64,000 bases of DNA from the human T2T-CHM13v2.0 reference genome, Homo sapiens. Positions within the stretch are counted from its first letter, which is position 1, and the number at the start of each line of letters is the position of its first letter. This document shows, one piece after another, positions 1 to 12,985 of the stretch. Made by a program: the position numbers and the translations under genes. Under the pieces are notes generated by a model. That model was not told the origin of the DNA. It did no database searches and worked only from the letters and a program-made list of their open reading frames with translations. Where the stretch lies: the NCBI RefSeq assembly GCF_009914755.1, contig NC_060939.1; one strand, given 5' to 3'.

Positions 1-1190
1 TCTGTTGTCGGTAAGATGGGGGTTTGGAACTCATTCTCTCCAAGGTTCTTGCCGACCTCAACCTGTGATTTGCAATCACACACTCTGACTGCTTCTGGTA
101 AGGGCTTTTGGAGTCTTCTCAGTGCACCCCAGAAGCCTTCACAACCCAGTCCAGGACAAAGTGCTGGGATCTGCTCCCTCCAAGGAGGGAGCATGTCATC
201 CTCAAACCAAGAAGAGAGTGCCTGGGGTGATTAACCAACAAGGATGGCAGAAGCAGACAGGCCAGCCGCGACAGCTGTCAGGAAATGACTCTTTCTGTAG
301 TATCTGCCCCTCTGGTTTACAGAATCACTTAAAAATAAAGCAGCCATGCATCAATTTCACTCACATCAAGAGATTTCCCACTGTTTTCTTCACTTCCAGT
401 AACACACACAATAAACATTTAACGTTCAAACTAGCTCGTATTTTATTTACATGTATATATGCATTTTTAAAATGGGGCTTCTTCTACAAAGTTAAGAAAT
501 GGCTGTCTTTTGGAAATTAAGAGGAGAAAATCAACTTTACTATAGATTAAATTTCTGATTTAAAATAAAAAAAGTATAAAAAACCTAAATCAAGCCTCCC
601 TGGCAGGTAGGCAGGCCCTCTACTCAATACTTAGAAGCGCTGGCAGGAGCCGGCGGGAGCTGTGGGAAGGTGGCTACCTGACTCCAGATCTGTGGGCTCC
701 GCAGCCCCAGCACTCAGTGGTTCTTGAAGACACCACCACCTGGGAAAGACACTAACGAGGGATTTCTCACAGAAAACCACCGAAGTACAGCATATGGGGA
801 GAAAAGATGAGCTAAAGTGAGTTATTGAAAGAGATCTTCTTTAATAAGATCAAGAAGCAAGAAAGAGCTTCTCAAATTGCCTTCTGTATTGGAGAAAGGG
901 CAAAGGGAGCCTCTGAGTATTCCATCAACTTTGCTTGCCAAGTACATCTCTATAGAAAAGAGGGCTGTCATTGGATCTGATGGCTGGAGACGCTAGCCAC
1001 TGCCATTCAATGTCTTGCATGTTCATGTTCTAAAAAGTCAACAGCTTCTGTCAACTTTCCACAGGGGAAGGAATACAGTGACTGTAGGTACAAATATTCT
1101 TGATGTACTGAGCAGTTATATTTTGTATGGCAAATTTAGAAAGTGGGTTTATACATCGGCCTCTTGTTTAGTCAGTTAAATAATGGCCCT

Positions 1191-1672
1191 TGTGGCAAGC
1201 TGTGTTTTCTAAAGATGGTCCCAGCAATGTGTCTCTTCCACAATGTGACCTTTTCAGCCCTTCCAGTGAGAGGAGGGGTTCTGTGACCTATGCCCTTGCT
1301 TCTCAGTGGGCTCAGGACTGCTAGGATCAATAGAATACAGCAGACAGGATGCAGTGTGACTGCTAAGGATGGGTGATGCAGCCTCGTTCACTAGAACATG
1401 TACACTTGGAGTCCTGAAGCTCCATTTAAGAATGACCCCAAGGTCAGCATGCTGTGAGGAGGCCAAGCCACGTGTAGAGGCCACATGTGAGCACTCCAGT
1501 TAGCAGTCCCCATCTTTGAGTCATCCAGACCCAGCTCCAGAATAAGCCTCTGCATGAGCCCAGCCCCAGTCTTCAAGGCTTCTCAGCTGGGGTCCCAGAC
1601 ATCATGGACCACACAGGAGCCATCCCACTGCACCCTGTCTGAATCCAAGGTTGTATTAACCATTAAGTTTTG
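1191..1672 (+). mobile_element. ERVL-MaLR solo LTR, MLT1G/F-like
   Basis: Starts TGTGGCAAGCTGTGTTTTCTAAAGATGG. Contains GGAGGCCAAGCCACGTGTAGAGGCCACATGTGAG and CCCAGACATCATGGA, and ends near CCATTAAGTTTTG. All are typical MLT1G-type motifs. Confidence 0.75.
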
Positions 1673-2399
1673 CAATCTCATTCATGCAAACATATTTTGA
1701 AACCTGACTGCACCAATGTATACATCTTCAAAGGTAATGCACACCCCAGGCTCAGATAGCACCTCTCCTTAAATTCCGTCAGTCACACTTCTTCTGACTG
1801 TTCACCTGGCATCCAGTGCCCCCTATGGCTGGACATGACATAGTGATTGCAGCCTCAGGGATGCCATCTCTGCTCGAGCCACACAAAGCCACTAATCTCA
1901 CCCATCATTGACTGATTTCACCATCATCCTATTCAGGGACACTTTCACTGCTTCCAATGAAAATGGCTGACTTTATCTACTATCAGATAAATACCCTCAC
2001 ATATACATCTGTATCCTATCTTCAGCCATTTCCATCAGAAAGATTCTTAAACGTGGAATCGTGGGAGACTGAGTATTAGATTTCAGGATCTTGGTGATAC
2101 TGCCAAGTGGTTTTCCTGAAATCAATTGCTAGTGAGAATTGAACACAGTTATAAAGCTTGTTGCTCACTTTTATTTTTCTTTTATGAACTGTTTATCCCA
2201 GTACTTCAGTCACGTAAGGGAATGGGTTTTTCTAACAGACTGGTAGGTGCTCTGTAGGGGTGTCCTCAGACGTGACGCACAGTGACACAACCCCTCTATG
2301 CTGCTGTGAACAGGCAGGCACTGCTGGCATGGGCTCACACTGCAGGGGAACCTGGCAGGGTAGCTGATAATGCAAAGGGCCTGTGGTACTGAGGGAGGT

Positions 2400-3340
2400 G
2401 CCAAGAGTAATGTGAGACAGCCATCAACAGAGGGTGTGCAGGAGCAGCTGGGAGGAGCAAATCCCGGTCTCTAAACTGGACCCAAAGGAATATCACAGAA
2501 GAGCATAACCAGTCCTGGAAAGCCCAGAGGTGGCAAAAGACTAGGTATGTTCCCTGAATACGGCAAAGGTCAGTGTGCTTGGATCTGAGACACAAACTGA
2601 GGTCAGAAAGCCAAGGACAAGCCAAACTAGGCAGGAGCCTGTAGCCACAGGCAGATGCTAGGATTCACAGGAACCACAGTGGGAGGCCCTGAGGGGTAGT
2701 GAGCAGGGACAGCCACACCCAGGGGCACGGGAGATGATGTGGGTGACCCTGCAGGCCTGGTGAAGGGTGGCGGCAGCAGTACTGGCCAGAGGCGCTGGGA
2801 CCCAGGAGAGGAAGCAGCAGATCAGTAATGATGATGGAAAGAAAGTAATTTGGTGAATAACTTCTCGTGACTTCATGACTGATTGGCTTGGGGGTACAGA
2901 GAGAGAGTAAGGTGTCAAACATGACTTCAAATTTTCTGATTATCTCAGTATTAAAGATGCCACTTCTAAAAAGAGGAGGCCTGGAGCAAGAGCTTGGCTG
3001 ACAGCAGGATCAGAGGTCCCTGTGGAAACCATGGAGACATCAACTGGGCAACTAGTAAACTGAACTGGAGTTCAGCAGAAAGTTCTGAGCTGGAGGTGTA
3101 GCTTGGGGAACCTGCACAAAACTGGTATTTAAAGCCGTGGAACTTGAGACCACCCAACAAGAGCTGAGTTAAAAGAACACAACTCAGGGCTGGGCCTTTG
3201 TGAAGTCCTGCATTTAAAGGTCAGATAGAAAAGGAAATACCACAAACCAGCAAGGAGAAGGGAAGGGAACAGCCACTGAGCCGGGAAGAAACCAAAAAGC
3301 AGTGGCATTCTGGAGATCAAGGGAAAAGAATGCTTAAAGA
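2400..3340 (-). mobile_element. L2 LINE fragment
   Basis: Antisense L2 motifs TGACTGATTGG...GTCAAACATGACTTC, TGGAGTTCAGCAGAAAGTTCTGAGCTGGAG and TGGTATTTAAAGCCGTGG. Boundaries approximate. Confidence 0.7.
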
Positions 3341-3498
3341 AGACTGGCAACAAAGGAAAGAATTTCTCAGCTGTTAGAAACCAGAAGAAATGGAAAATCA
3401 GAGCTTAACACCAATACTTGCTGCTGAAGGAGTGTGGAGGGGACAATCTCTCCCCCGTCTAGGGGCTTACCTTTTAATGTCATGCAGGAATCCCAAAG

Positions 3499-4852
3499 CA
3501 GAGGTTCCAAAAGGTCAAGACTATTTTCATGATCATTCAATGATCATTCTAAGGAGAGATTTGCTTTTCGCTGTGTTGACATTCATGGTATCGAAGCAAT
3601 GGAAGAAGCCGCACAAATTAAGGCAATAGCAACCACTGTGCCAGTAGTCTTCATATTCTTCACCATCAAACACTCAAACTTACAAAAGCCAAAGAACAAA
3701 ACCCAAACAGAAACCGAAAACAGTTTAAGAATATCTTTGATGAAGCAGTGAAAAGTATTAATTGTATTAACTAGCAACCCTTGTGTGTAAGTGTTCCTGA
3801 TATTCTAAGTATCTCTGCTGTATGCCAAAGAGCGATGGAGGTCCTGAGGCAGAGCACCTGTATGACTGCCTGAGTTGCACCCTGAACTAGCTGTATTTCC
3901 ATGGAACATCATTTTCCTCACCTTCTATTCATCAAAGCATACTTGCAGGGTTTGAAAGAATAACTGAAAACGATCATTTTTCAGACACTGGTGTCTGGCA
4001 AGCATCCTCTTGAAAATGAATGTAGTGAGCCTGTCACTTTAAAGAGAATCCCAATAGTATTTTATTATCGATGATAAAATCTGAGCTTCCCCATGAAACT
4101 TCTTGTATCTACTACTGTGAATCTGACTGCTCCCAATACTCAGAGACTTTTCTGATGAGACTAGTGGTGATATTAATGAATGTGATTTTCTGAGAGTGTG
4201 TAATGAAATGTGACAATGCTTAGAAGAGCCACCTAACTCAATGGACCACTATTTTCCAAGCGATCAGTGTATCATGTTACAGATCATATGTAGATAAGTG
4301 CAAGACAGGGCAAAGAACTGTAATATAATGGAGTATGAAAAGTTTACCAATGTGGCTTCAGATTCCATGTGGCAACTAATTTTAAGAAACTACTTGTTGT
4401 TGAATTCAGATGTAGTGTCAAAGATATCCACAATTACCTGAAAAGTCAACTGAAATACTCCTCCCCTTTCCAACTACATAGCAGTATGAGGTTAGACTTG
4501 CTTCTCACACTACAACTAAAACAACACACCCCAATACATGGATTGTGGAGCAGATATGAAAATCCAGCTGTCTTCTATTAAGCCAGTCGAAATTTACTAA
4601 AACAAAACAATGCCATCCTTTTCGTGATATTTTTTGTTTTTGAAAAATTTTTCATAAAAGCTTATCTATGTTTACATGTAACAGGTTTATAATTGTAATT
4701 TTAAAATTGATAGGTATTTTATAAATTCTCAGTATTAATTTCCCATGCAGTAAATATTAACAGACATACCCCACAAAGAAAAGCTCTTTAGGCACCACGA
4801 TAATTTTTAAGAATGTAAGGGAACCTGACATCAAAAATTTTGAGAACCAGCA
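3499..4852 (+). mobile_element. hAT-Charlie DNA transposon (Charlie1a-like)
   Basis: Left end CAGAGGTTCC..GGTCAAGACTATTTTCAT; right end TTTGAGAACCAGCA. 8-bp TSD TCCCAAAG (3491-3498) / TCCTAAAG (4853-4860). Internal sequence is decayed transposase. Confidence 0.85.
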
Positions 4853-5176
4853 TCCTAAAGCATTTGCTTCAGGAAGAAGGAAGTTAAACCCAAAGAGAAG
4901 GAGGGCATTCCAAAAGCAGCGGGCTTTGTATTGTCTGAGTGCTTGAAATGTTTCACAATTAAAATTTATTACTTTTTCAAAAAGAATGAATAGAAGGTGA
5001 GGAATGGCACAGTGAAGGTAGATGATTCTCCTGAGTGTTTTATTGAGAAAGAGTAGGGGAAGGTGTGGAGGCAGAATGGGGAGGCTGGAGTTAAAGTAGG
5101 GTCAGTTCAGAAGGGAGCGGCACTGCCCACCTGTGCTTATCTCTTAAACGCGGGCATACAGATAACACGAACACAT

Positions 5177-5439
5177 GATCTATACCCTGCAAGTATGGCA
5201 CTGATGCATGTAAATCCTGCAAGTACATACTGATGCATCTAGACCCTGCAAGTACACACTGATGCATCTAAACCCTAAGTACACTTTGATGGATCTAAAT
5301 CCTGCAAGTACACTTTGATGGATCTAGACCATGCAAGTACACTTTGATGGAACCAGACCATGCAAGTACACTTTCATGCATCTAAACCCTGTAACTACAC
5401 ACTGACGCATGTAAACCCTGTAAGTATGCATTGATACAT
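5177..5439. repeat. 29-bp minisatellite, about 9 copies
   Basis: Tandem unit CCTGCAAGTACACACTGATGCATCTAAAC with variants and no unique spacers. Confidence 0.92.
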
Positions 5440-5889
5440 TTTCTCAGCTGGTCCTTTCAGAATTTTGGGTAAGCTTTCGGTACATTTGAATTTTTAAAAA
5501 TAAATTCTAATCTGTAGATATTTTTATTTGAAACATGTCTCATATTTTTCTGTTTAGAAACTGCTTCTCTCACTCCAAGATTATACTAGCTTTTCTTTCT
5601 TTTTTAAATGAAAGAGGAACAGCAAAAAGGTGTGTCCCATTTCCAGACCTGGCCTCTGGAGCTCCCCACACCTTCCACAACCTTCTCTCATTACTGTAGT
5701 ACAAGGGCAACACCTATTATCCTGACCAACTTGGAAGCTACTGGTGAAGATGGCAGTGCCCCCCAAAACTTGATGCCTTCCATGATTCTGACTCTGGCCC
5801 CCAAGCAACCACTCCAGACTGTAACATTCCTGCTGTACCCCAACCAGTGCAGCAGGCATGTGACTTGGGTCTGTTTGCAAAGCAGTGAG

Positions 5890-6482
5890 AGCCTGCCCTA
5901 TTTAAGCCATAGATTAGCTGTGTGGCTTTGGACAAGTGAGATAAACATACTTTGCCTCAGTTTCCTCATCCACAAAGTGAGGAGAGCAGCACCTTCCTTG
6001 GCCAGAGAATTAAATAGTACACGTAAACACACAAAGCAGGTATGGTGCTATGGTTTGAATGTCCTCTCCAAAACTCATGTTGAAACCTAATTCTCAATGT
6101 GGCAGTATTAAAAAGTGGGGTCTTTAAGAGGCAGAGCCCTCAGGAATGGATTAATCCATTCAAATCCATTCATGGATTAATGGGTTATCATGGGAGGGGA
6201 AATCATAGCTTTATAAGAAGAGGAAGAGAGACCTGAGCCAGCACGCTCAGCCCTCTCGCCATATGATGCCGTGCGCCACCTGGGGACTCTGCAGAGTCCC
6301 CACCAGCAAGAAGGGCCTCACCAGATGCAGCTCTTCAACCTTGGACTTCTCAGCCTCCATAACTGTAAAAAATAAATTCCTTTCTTTATAAACTACCTAC
6401 TTTCATGTATCCTAGGCAACAGAAAACAAACTAATACAGCTGGGCATATGATAAGCACTAAATATTAGCTACTATTATTATT
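5890..6482 (+). mobile_element. MIR SINE split by an MST LTR
   Basis: Core GCTGTGTGGCTTTGGACAAG..GCCTCAGTTTCCTCATCCACAAAGTGAGG lies before 6046. The 3' end GCACTAAATATTAGCTACTATTATTA lies after 6438. Confidence 0.7.
6046..6438 (+). mobile_element. ERVL-MaLR solo LTR, MST-type (MSTB/C-like)
   Basis: Begins TGCTATGGTTTGAATGTCC..AAAACTCATGTTGAAA, has AATAAATTCCTTTCTTTATAAA, and ends CTAATACA. Confidence 0.88.
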
Positions 6483-7179
6483 TATAATAAATGTTATTAT
6501 CCAGTAGAACAAATTCTCTATCCTCCGACAAGTCTTATTGCCAAATTTGCCTATGCACTTAAGGCAAAGAGGCCAGGAATGTGGACAGAGTGTCTCATTA
6601 CTGGAACCTCCTTTTGTGTGTGTGGCACGTCTGTGTGTGAGACAGGGTGTGTGCCTGGACAGGGTGTGGATGTGGAAGCTGTGGGTGAGGCTTGGTGACA
6701 GGTGAGGGGTGTGTGGCTTTGTGGGCGTGTGGTGCTGTGGGATGTGTCACTGGGTTCTGTGGCCCTCATGCCCTGCTGCCCCTCCACCCTTTCACTTCAT
6801 TGTTACGTGAGATGCCTGCAGAGAGGTGTCCCTAAGAAGGAAGCCAGGTAGTGAGTCCTAGAATGGAGGCTTCCAGCAAGCAGGTATAGTTGCCTTGATC
6901 TGGGAAAGGGAGATGTAAGCAGGTCTCCCCCTCAGGAGCTCTGAGAAGGCAGCTATGTGGCTCAGAGTCGAAGCATCCCAGAGTTCTGACCCAGGACCCC
7001 GCAGTGATATCACAGACAGACTGTAACCGCCCCCCTTCATTCCATCTCATTATGAAATGTGTGTGAGGCCTGTCGTTCTACAAAACAAAGACCCTAAGGA
7101 GGAGGGGAAAATGTTGCTTTACATATAAAAGTCAATGTTTAGCTCTAGGTATGTTTTGGGCTTTCTTAGTGGAGACACT

Positions 7180-8100
7180 GAAAGGGGACTAGTCAGCTTT
7201 TTCTCATCAAACAACATGGCATACATGGCCAGAGATGTGGCCACAGACGAGGCTGTTTGAACCTGCTCCAGAAATGTTGTACCAGGATGTGATGATGGAG
7301 AACTGGCAATTTGATCTCAATGCTAGACACTGTTTTTCTGAACCAGATGTGATGGCCTTATTGGAGCAAGGAAAAGGGCACTTGATGGTTATAAGAAGCA
7401 TGAAGACTGTACAGTTATTGGTTGCCTCACCAAGTAGGGCTAATTGGTTACCTTGGAATTTAATTCTTAAATGAAACAGCAAGAAAGCATTTGGTTTTCT
7501 AATACGAATTATAAATTTTCCAAATTTGGAACCAAGATAGGAGCTAATCAGCTACGAAAAATGTTCACTTATAAAAATATACATCTCCTACTCTCCATCA
7601 AAGAGTTAAAGATGGAGGGAAATTCAGTGACCTCAAGGAATGCTAAGCCTAGGTGGCAGCCTTAAAATACATCAGAGAGTTCATAGTGGAGAGGTACCCT
7701 ATGAACATGACTAGTGTGGGAAGGCCTTCAGTGCACATCAACAACTTTCTCAACATCAAAGTACTTAGGCTACTGAGAAAGACTTTGAATGTGATAAGTG
7801 TGGAAAGTTCTTTTGACTTAAGCCTCAAAGTACATGATAGAATTCATAATGGTGAGAAACCCTTTGAATAAAAACAATACAGGAGGCATTGGAAATGGCA
7901 GGCAATATCATATGTATCATAGAATTCATAGCAGTGCAAACTCCTTTCAATGAATAGAACACAGGAAGTTCTTTAGGCAACAGTTCAGTCTTTTAGAGAA
8001 ATCAGGGAGGGAGCTCACACTGGCATAAGACCCTAGGAATATATCTAACATAGGAAATCCTCCAGTAATGGTCCAAGCTTTGTTTAACATCAAAGAATTT
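7180..8100 (+). pseudogene. Degenerate processed (intronless) KRAB-C2H2 zinc-finger pseudogene
   Basis: ATG at 7216, then RDVATD. KRAB-A (PAPEMLYQDVMMEN) is directly joined to KRAB-B (HCFSEPDVMALLEQGKGHLMV). Finger remnants follow: HQRVHSGEVPYEHD*CGKAF..QHQ, FECDKCGKFF..VHDRIHNGEKPFE. Many stops and frameshifts. Confidence 0.9.
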
Positions 8101-8424
8101 GTAACATGCTTTATTTAACATGGAAAGCTTACTGCTATACAATTATCTTGTAGTTGGCCACTTTACTGTACACTCTCATAATTCTAAGTCATTCCACAGT
8201 GCCAGACCCCACATGGCACTCAATAATTAATTTTTGAGTAACTGGATTAACAGATGGGTTCTCTTGCATTTCTAGGTAAATTATATTGATTCTAGGAATA
8301 AGTTTTGTTTTTGTCTTTCCAATATTTACATCTTTTTTCCCTTCTGTTTATGAATGCCTTAAATCAGCCTTGTAGACACTAAGAAATATGCGTAAGACTT
8401 TGCACTAATGTGCCTGATATGGTG

Positions 8425-8870
8425 TCATCATGCCAAAGGACTCTTTGGGCTACAAACCACAGGAACCCACAAGTTAGCATAAGCAAACAAGGGAAGGCCA
8501 GACACTCCAAGGATCAGAATAGATCTGGGCTTCATGACTGGGCGGGAACCATGGCCATGTTTGCCATGTCTTCAGATGGATGGTCCTTTCCTCCTTCTCA
8601 TCTCTTTTCTTGTTTTCACTCCAAAATGGCTATTGATGGGCAAAGAGAACAACCTAGTTTCGATGATACAGGTTAACCTACTCAAGGATACAGGACTCTT
8701 CTGAGAAGCTATTTTCACATTCCCATGAAAGAATGCCCTAACCGTCAAGTAGCCCATCTTGGCCAATCATCCATAGTTGCAGGTGGGGATTGTGTTGGCC
8801 CCAGAGTGGGTAGGGTACCCATCACTGGGTGGCAGCTGCAGGAGGTGGAAGGGCCAGGCCCCTTTTTATA
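8425..8870 (-). mobile_element. Old MaLR LTR remnant (MLT1J/K/L-like)
   Basis: AGGACTCTTTGGGCTACAAACCACAGGAACCCACAAGTTAGCATAAGC resembles the antisense end of old MLT1 LTRs. Highly diverged. Confidence 0.5.
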
Positions 8871-8999
8871 AACATTGCAGCAATGTGAATGGAGGAGAGA
8901 AAAGGTACCCTTAGAACAGAGACATTGAGAAAGGTACCCCAAAGCTATCCACAGCATACAGTAGATACTTCAGAGCTCTTTGTAGTTTAGAAAGAGCTT

Positions 9000-9165
9000 A
9001 CTCATATAATCTTAACTGCTCCATCCTTCATGGTAAGGCTTTATTTTTAATGTTCATTTTGCATATGAACAGGCTGAGGCTCAAGGAGGTGCAGTGACTT
9101 TTCCAAGGCCATAGGATTCCTAAATGCCAGGACCCAAACCCTAGATTCCATTCTATCTTCAGTCT
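9000..9165 (-). mobile_element. MIR SINE
   Basis: CATTTTGCATATGAACAGGCTGAGGCTCAAGGAGGTGCAGTGACTTTTCCAAGGCCA is an antisense MIR core. Confidence 0.75.
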
Positions 9166-9870
9166 CTCTGGATTGTTGTCCTACAGCCATTACCATAATC
9201 TTACACCCAGTTAGATCTCTGGCATCACTAAAGTCTTGAAGAAGTTGGAAATAAATTTCATTTTTTTTATACTCTGAGGGGAGATATACCATTGTAAGTA
9301 CTATGTAATAGACACAGAATGTCTTCTAGCAGCCACTCTAAGCAACACTGACTGAGCATCTCCTCCAAGCCCACACCTTCCTCATGCAGGGTAGAAACCA
9401 GGAGAAACTGCTGGGCCTGTCACATCCAGCCTCTGTTCAATCAGATGGGAATATTTCTGGTTCCTCTCCCACTGTGGTGTTCCCCAAGAAATGCAATCAT
9501 CTGAAAGTAATCCAAGATGTCTGAAAGTAATCCCCCAAATTTTAACACTGTAAATGTTTCTAATACTAAAGGTTAATTTTAGAAATAAAAATTGAAGCCA
9601 GATGATTTTCATATGAATGTTCTGACATGAAAAGGGCAACACATTTCACTCCTCCACAATTATGTTTCCCAAAACTGAAATGCTTCCTGTCCAGTTCAGT
9701 GCTGTTGAGGCTCAACATCGTGCCACTCATACAGTCTGGGCATCTTCACTCATGGCTTAATTCTGATCTCAGCAGGGTGGCACATTCAATAGAAACATAT
9801 CTGTCTCTGCAAGAAAAATTGCAGTTACTGGGAGGGGCAGAGGTAGAACTGTGGAAATCCAATGCTGCCC

Positions 9871-10055
<185 letters not shown>

Positions 10056-10344
10056 AATGCTGCATTTTAACCCACCAGCCTGGCCCTACCTGCCCATCAC
10101 TGCCACTGTTATGCAGTTAGAGGTACAGGGTGCCAGAGCGGGGAGACTGGCTGACTAATGCCTAGCAAGCCTCAGGATCCTCAACAACTGGGAGAGGGAA
10201 GAGGATACAATTTAAACTCCACAAGGCCAAGTCCATCTCCAGATTCTACCATGTGGAGCCACCACCGCCCTATAAAGTCACATTGACGGGAGTACATCAC
10301 ACTTCCTAGATGTGTCAGGAACAACAGCAACCAGAGCCCTCTGA

Positions 10345-10530
10345 CATCATGGCTCCTACATGGCGTCAGGATCCCTGCAGGGCCTGTAAAAACTAGGCGG
10401 CAGGGCCACCCCCAGAGACTCTGATTCAGTGGGGCTGGGGAGGCCCCAAGAGCCAACAACATGCACTTCTAACAAGTTCTCAGCTGATGCTGATGCTGCA
10501 GGCCTAGGGGCCACACTTTGAGAACGTCTG
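10345..10530. mobile_element. MER5A hAT-Charlie MITE
   Basis: CCCCAGAGACTCTGATTCAGTGGGGCTGGGG..TGCACTTCTAACAAGTTCTCAGCTGATGCTGATGCTGC..CCACACTTTGAGAA. Confidence 0.85.
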
Positions 10531-11092
10531 CCCTGATGTAGCTAAAAACCTTCATGTTATGAGAACAGTGAGGCCCTAAAAGGAGAGGCCATGTCTGGAA
10601 CCCAGGTGTTTTGATTCAAAAACTAGAATTGCTTTATCAAGAGACAGGATAAATAAAAAAGAAGAGGAAGGAAGGATAAAAAGAGAAAGAGATTAAATAG
10701 ATGCCCTTGACAGAGAAAACAAAACAGCTCCCTGAAGACTGCAGTGTGTGGGCAGGGCACAAGTCCAACCTGGGGTGGAATTTCTGGGTGTGAACCTGGC
10801 CTGTGACCTGGTTCTGCACCCATTAATGAGCTGCCTCCCACCAGCCAATATCATGGAAACAACTCAGAAAATGCAGCCATCTCTTGTGCCCTGAAGACCT
10901 CCTCTGGGGCCTCTGGCCCTCAATCCATGAATGACAGCCCTGGGAGCTATAGATGCTGCCTCATGATGGGCCCCAGAGCATGCAGGAGAGGCTGCCCCCT
11001 TTATGGAACTGCCTGAGAGACAGAGTCACAGGCTGAGGTCCCCTTTTCAGGTTAGGATGAGAACTTGACAATGGAGACACCTATGGAAGTGA

Positions 11093-11487
<395 letters not shown>

Positions 11488-11889
11488 CTACTAATAGTCA
11501 TCTTAAGGGAGTTGCTTGGTTCCTAGGAAATTTTTTTGTTAAATATAAGAAGTGGGTTGATGACTCCTCTGGGATTCTTCAAATTTTGTATTCCATCATC
11601 CCACCTTCTATTTTGGTTCTCTTGCTGTGTCCCTCTTTTGAGTAGGAGGGTCAATGAAATGCCCACATCTCTGCTTCTAGTTGTAGAATAGGGAAAGCTC
11701 AACTAAAGGGACGCATGCGACACAGACACATGATGGATGAGTAAGGTACAACACGTCCCGGACCAACCCCAGCATCTAAGAGGCTTTCTATTCAGCTTTG
11801 TGCTGGCTGGCCTTTGTGCTGATGTGGGTTTCTAGGATCATTCATGAAGTGTATTTTATATTAATTAGCCTTCAAGAGAATTCCATCCA

Positions 11890-12985
11890 GCTGGCCCCCT
11901 CCCTCCTTCTGAAACATGGCCTTCCTTTGGCTGTCTTGACACCCCACCCTCTCCTGGTCCTCCTCCTTCATCACTGGCTGCTCCTCAGACCCTGTTGACA
12001 AATGTCATGGAATGCAGGGCTCAGCCTGGATTGCATCTCATCTCCATTTATGCCCTCCCCAAATGCACTCCCATGAAGGCTCTAAATAGCACCTGGATGA
12101 TGTAGAGAAGATACTCAGTCCTAACCGAGCTCCCCACTTCACATGCCTACTCACTGCAAACCAAGTACTGCCCAACCAGGACTCTTGACTTCCTACCACC
12201 ACTCCCTCTCCCACTTCCTTCTTCTCAGCACCCACCAAGTTTCTTAAGCCAAAAATCAAAGCCCTCCGCATTTCTCGTCCGCTCCTCAGCAACTATGTGC
12301 AATCAGCAGGCAGATCCAGAACACATCTCAAATCCCTCCACCTCTTGTCATCTCTCTGCCACTTTATTTACTTCATAAAACCTCTTGTCTGGCTGCCTGA
12401 ATGTGTCTCCTGACTGACACCCCTGACTACATTCGATTCTCCACACAGCAGGAAGGGTCATTTTTTAACACAGAAACCGGATGCCATCACCTCCAGTTTA
12501 AAACCTCCCAATGACTTCCCATCACATTTGGGCCAAAACCCATACTCCATGGCCAGGCTCACAGGACCTCCACCTGCTCCAGTCCTGCCGCCCTCTCCAT
12601 AGCATCCCTTGCCCTCCCCTCTCCCCATATTCCCTGACTTGGGCCAGCTTGTTCATCCTGCACTGAGACACACTCAGTCCTAAGCTGGAGCTTCTTTTGT
12701 CCTGTATTCCCTCTGTCTGGCCCCCACCTTTATTCAGGTTGCACCTTGACTTTCTTCTCCTCTGGGACCCTTGCTGACTCCTCAGTCTGAGGCAGTCCTC
12801 AGTCTCTCTCTCTCACAGCAGACTGTTTCATTCTCTGCACAATAGTGACCACCACCAGATAAAATTCTTCTTTATGTGTATGTGTGTTCTGCCATCCCCC
12901 ACTGGCTTCTGAGCACAGTCCTCCATTGTGTGTTCACCTCTATGCCTCAGGGAACAGTGACTGGCCCCAGTGGGACACAAGGGCT
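11890..12985 (+). mobile_element. L2 LINE 3' region
   Basis: CCTCCTTCTGAAAC..CTCTCCTGGTCCTCCTCC, ATTCTCCACACAGCAG and TTTAAAACCTCCCAATGACTTCCCATCACA motifs. Confidence 0.78.

Noticed and set aside
5177-5439. CRISPR-like array of 29-bp repeats
   Set aside because: Units are head-to-tail with no unique spacers, there are no cas genes, and the context is primate.
5608-6090. 160-aa ORF
   Set aside because: Runs through MIR and MST LTR sequence and has no domain similarity.
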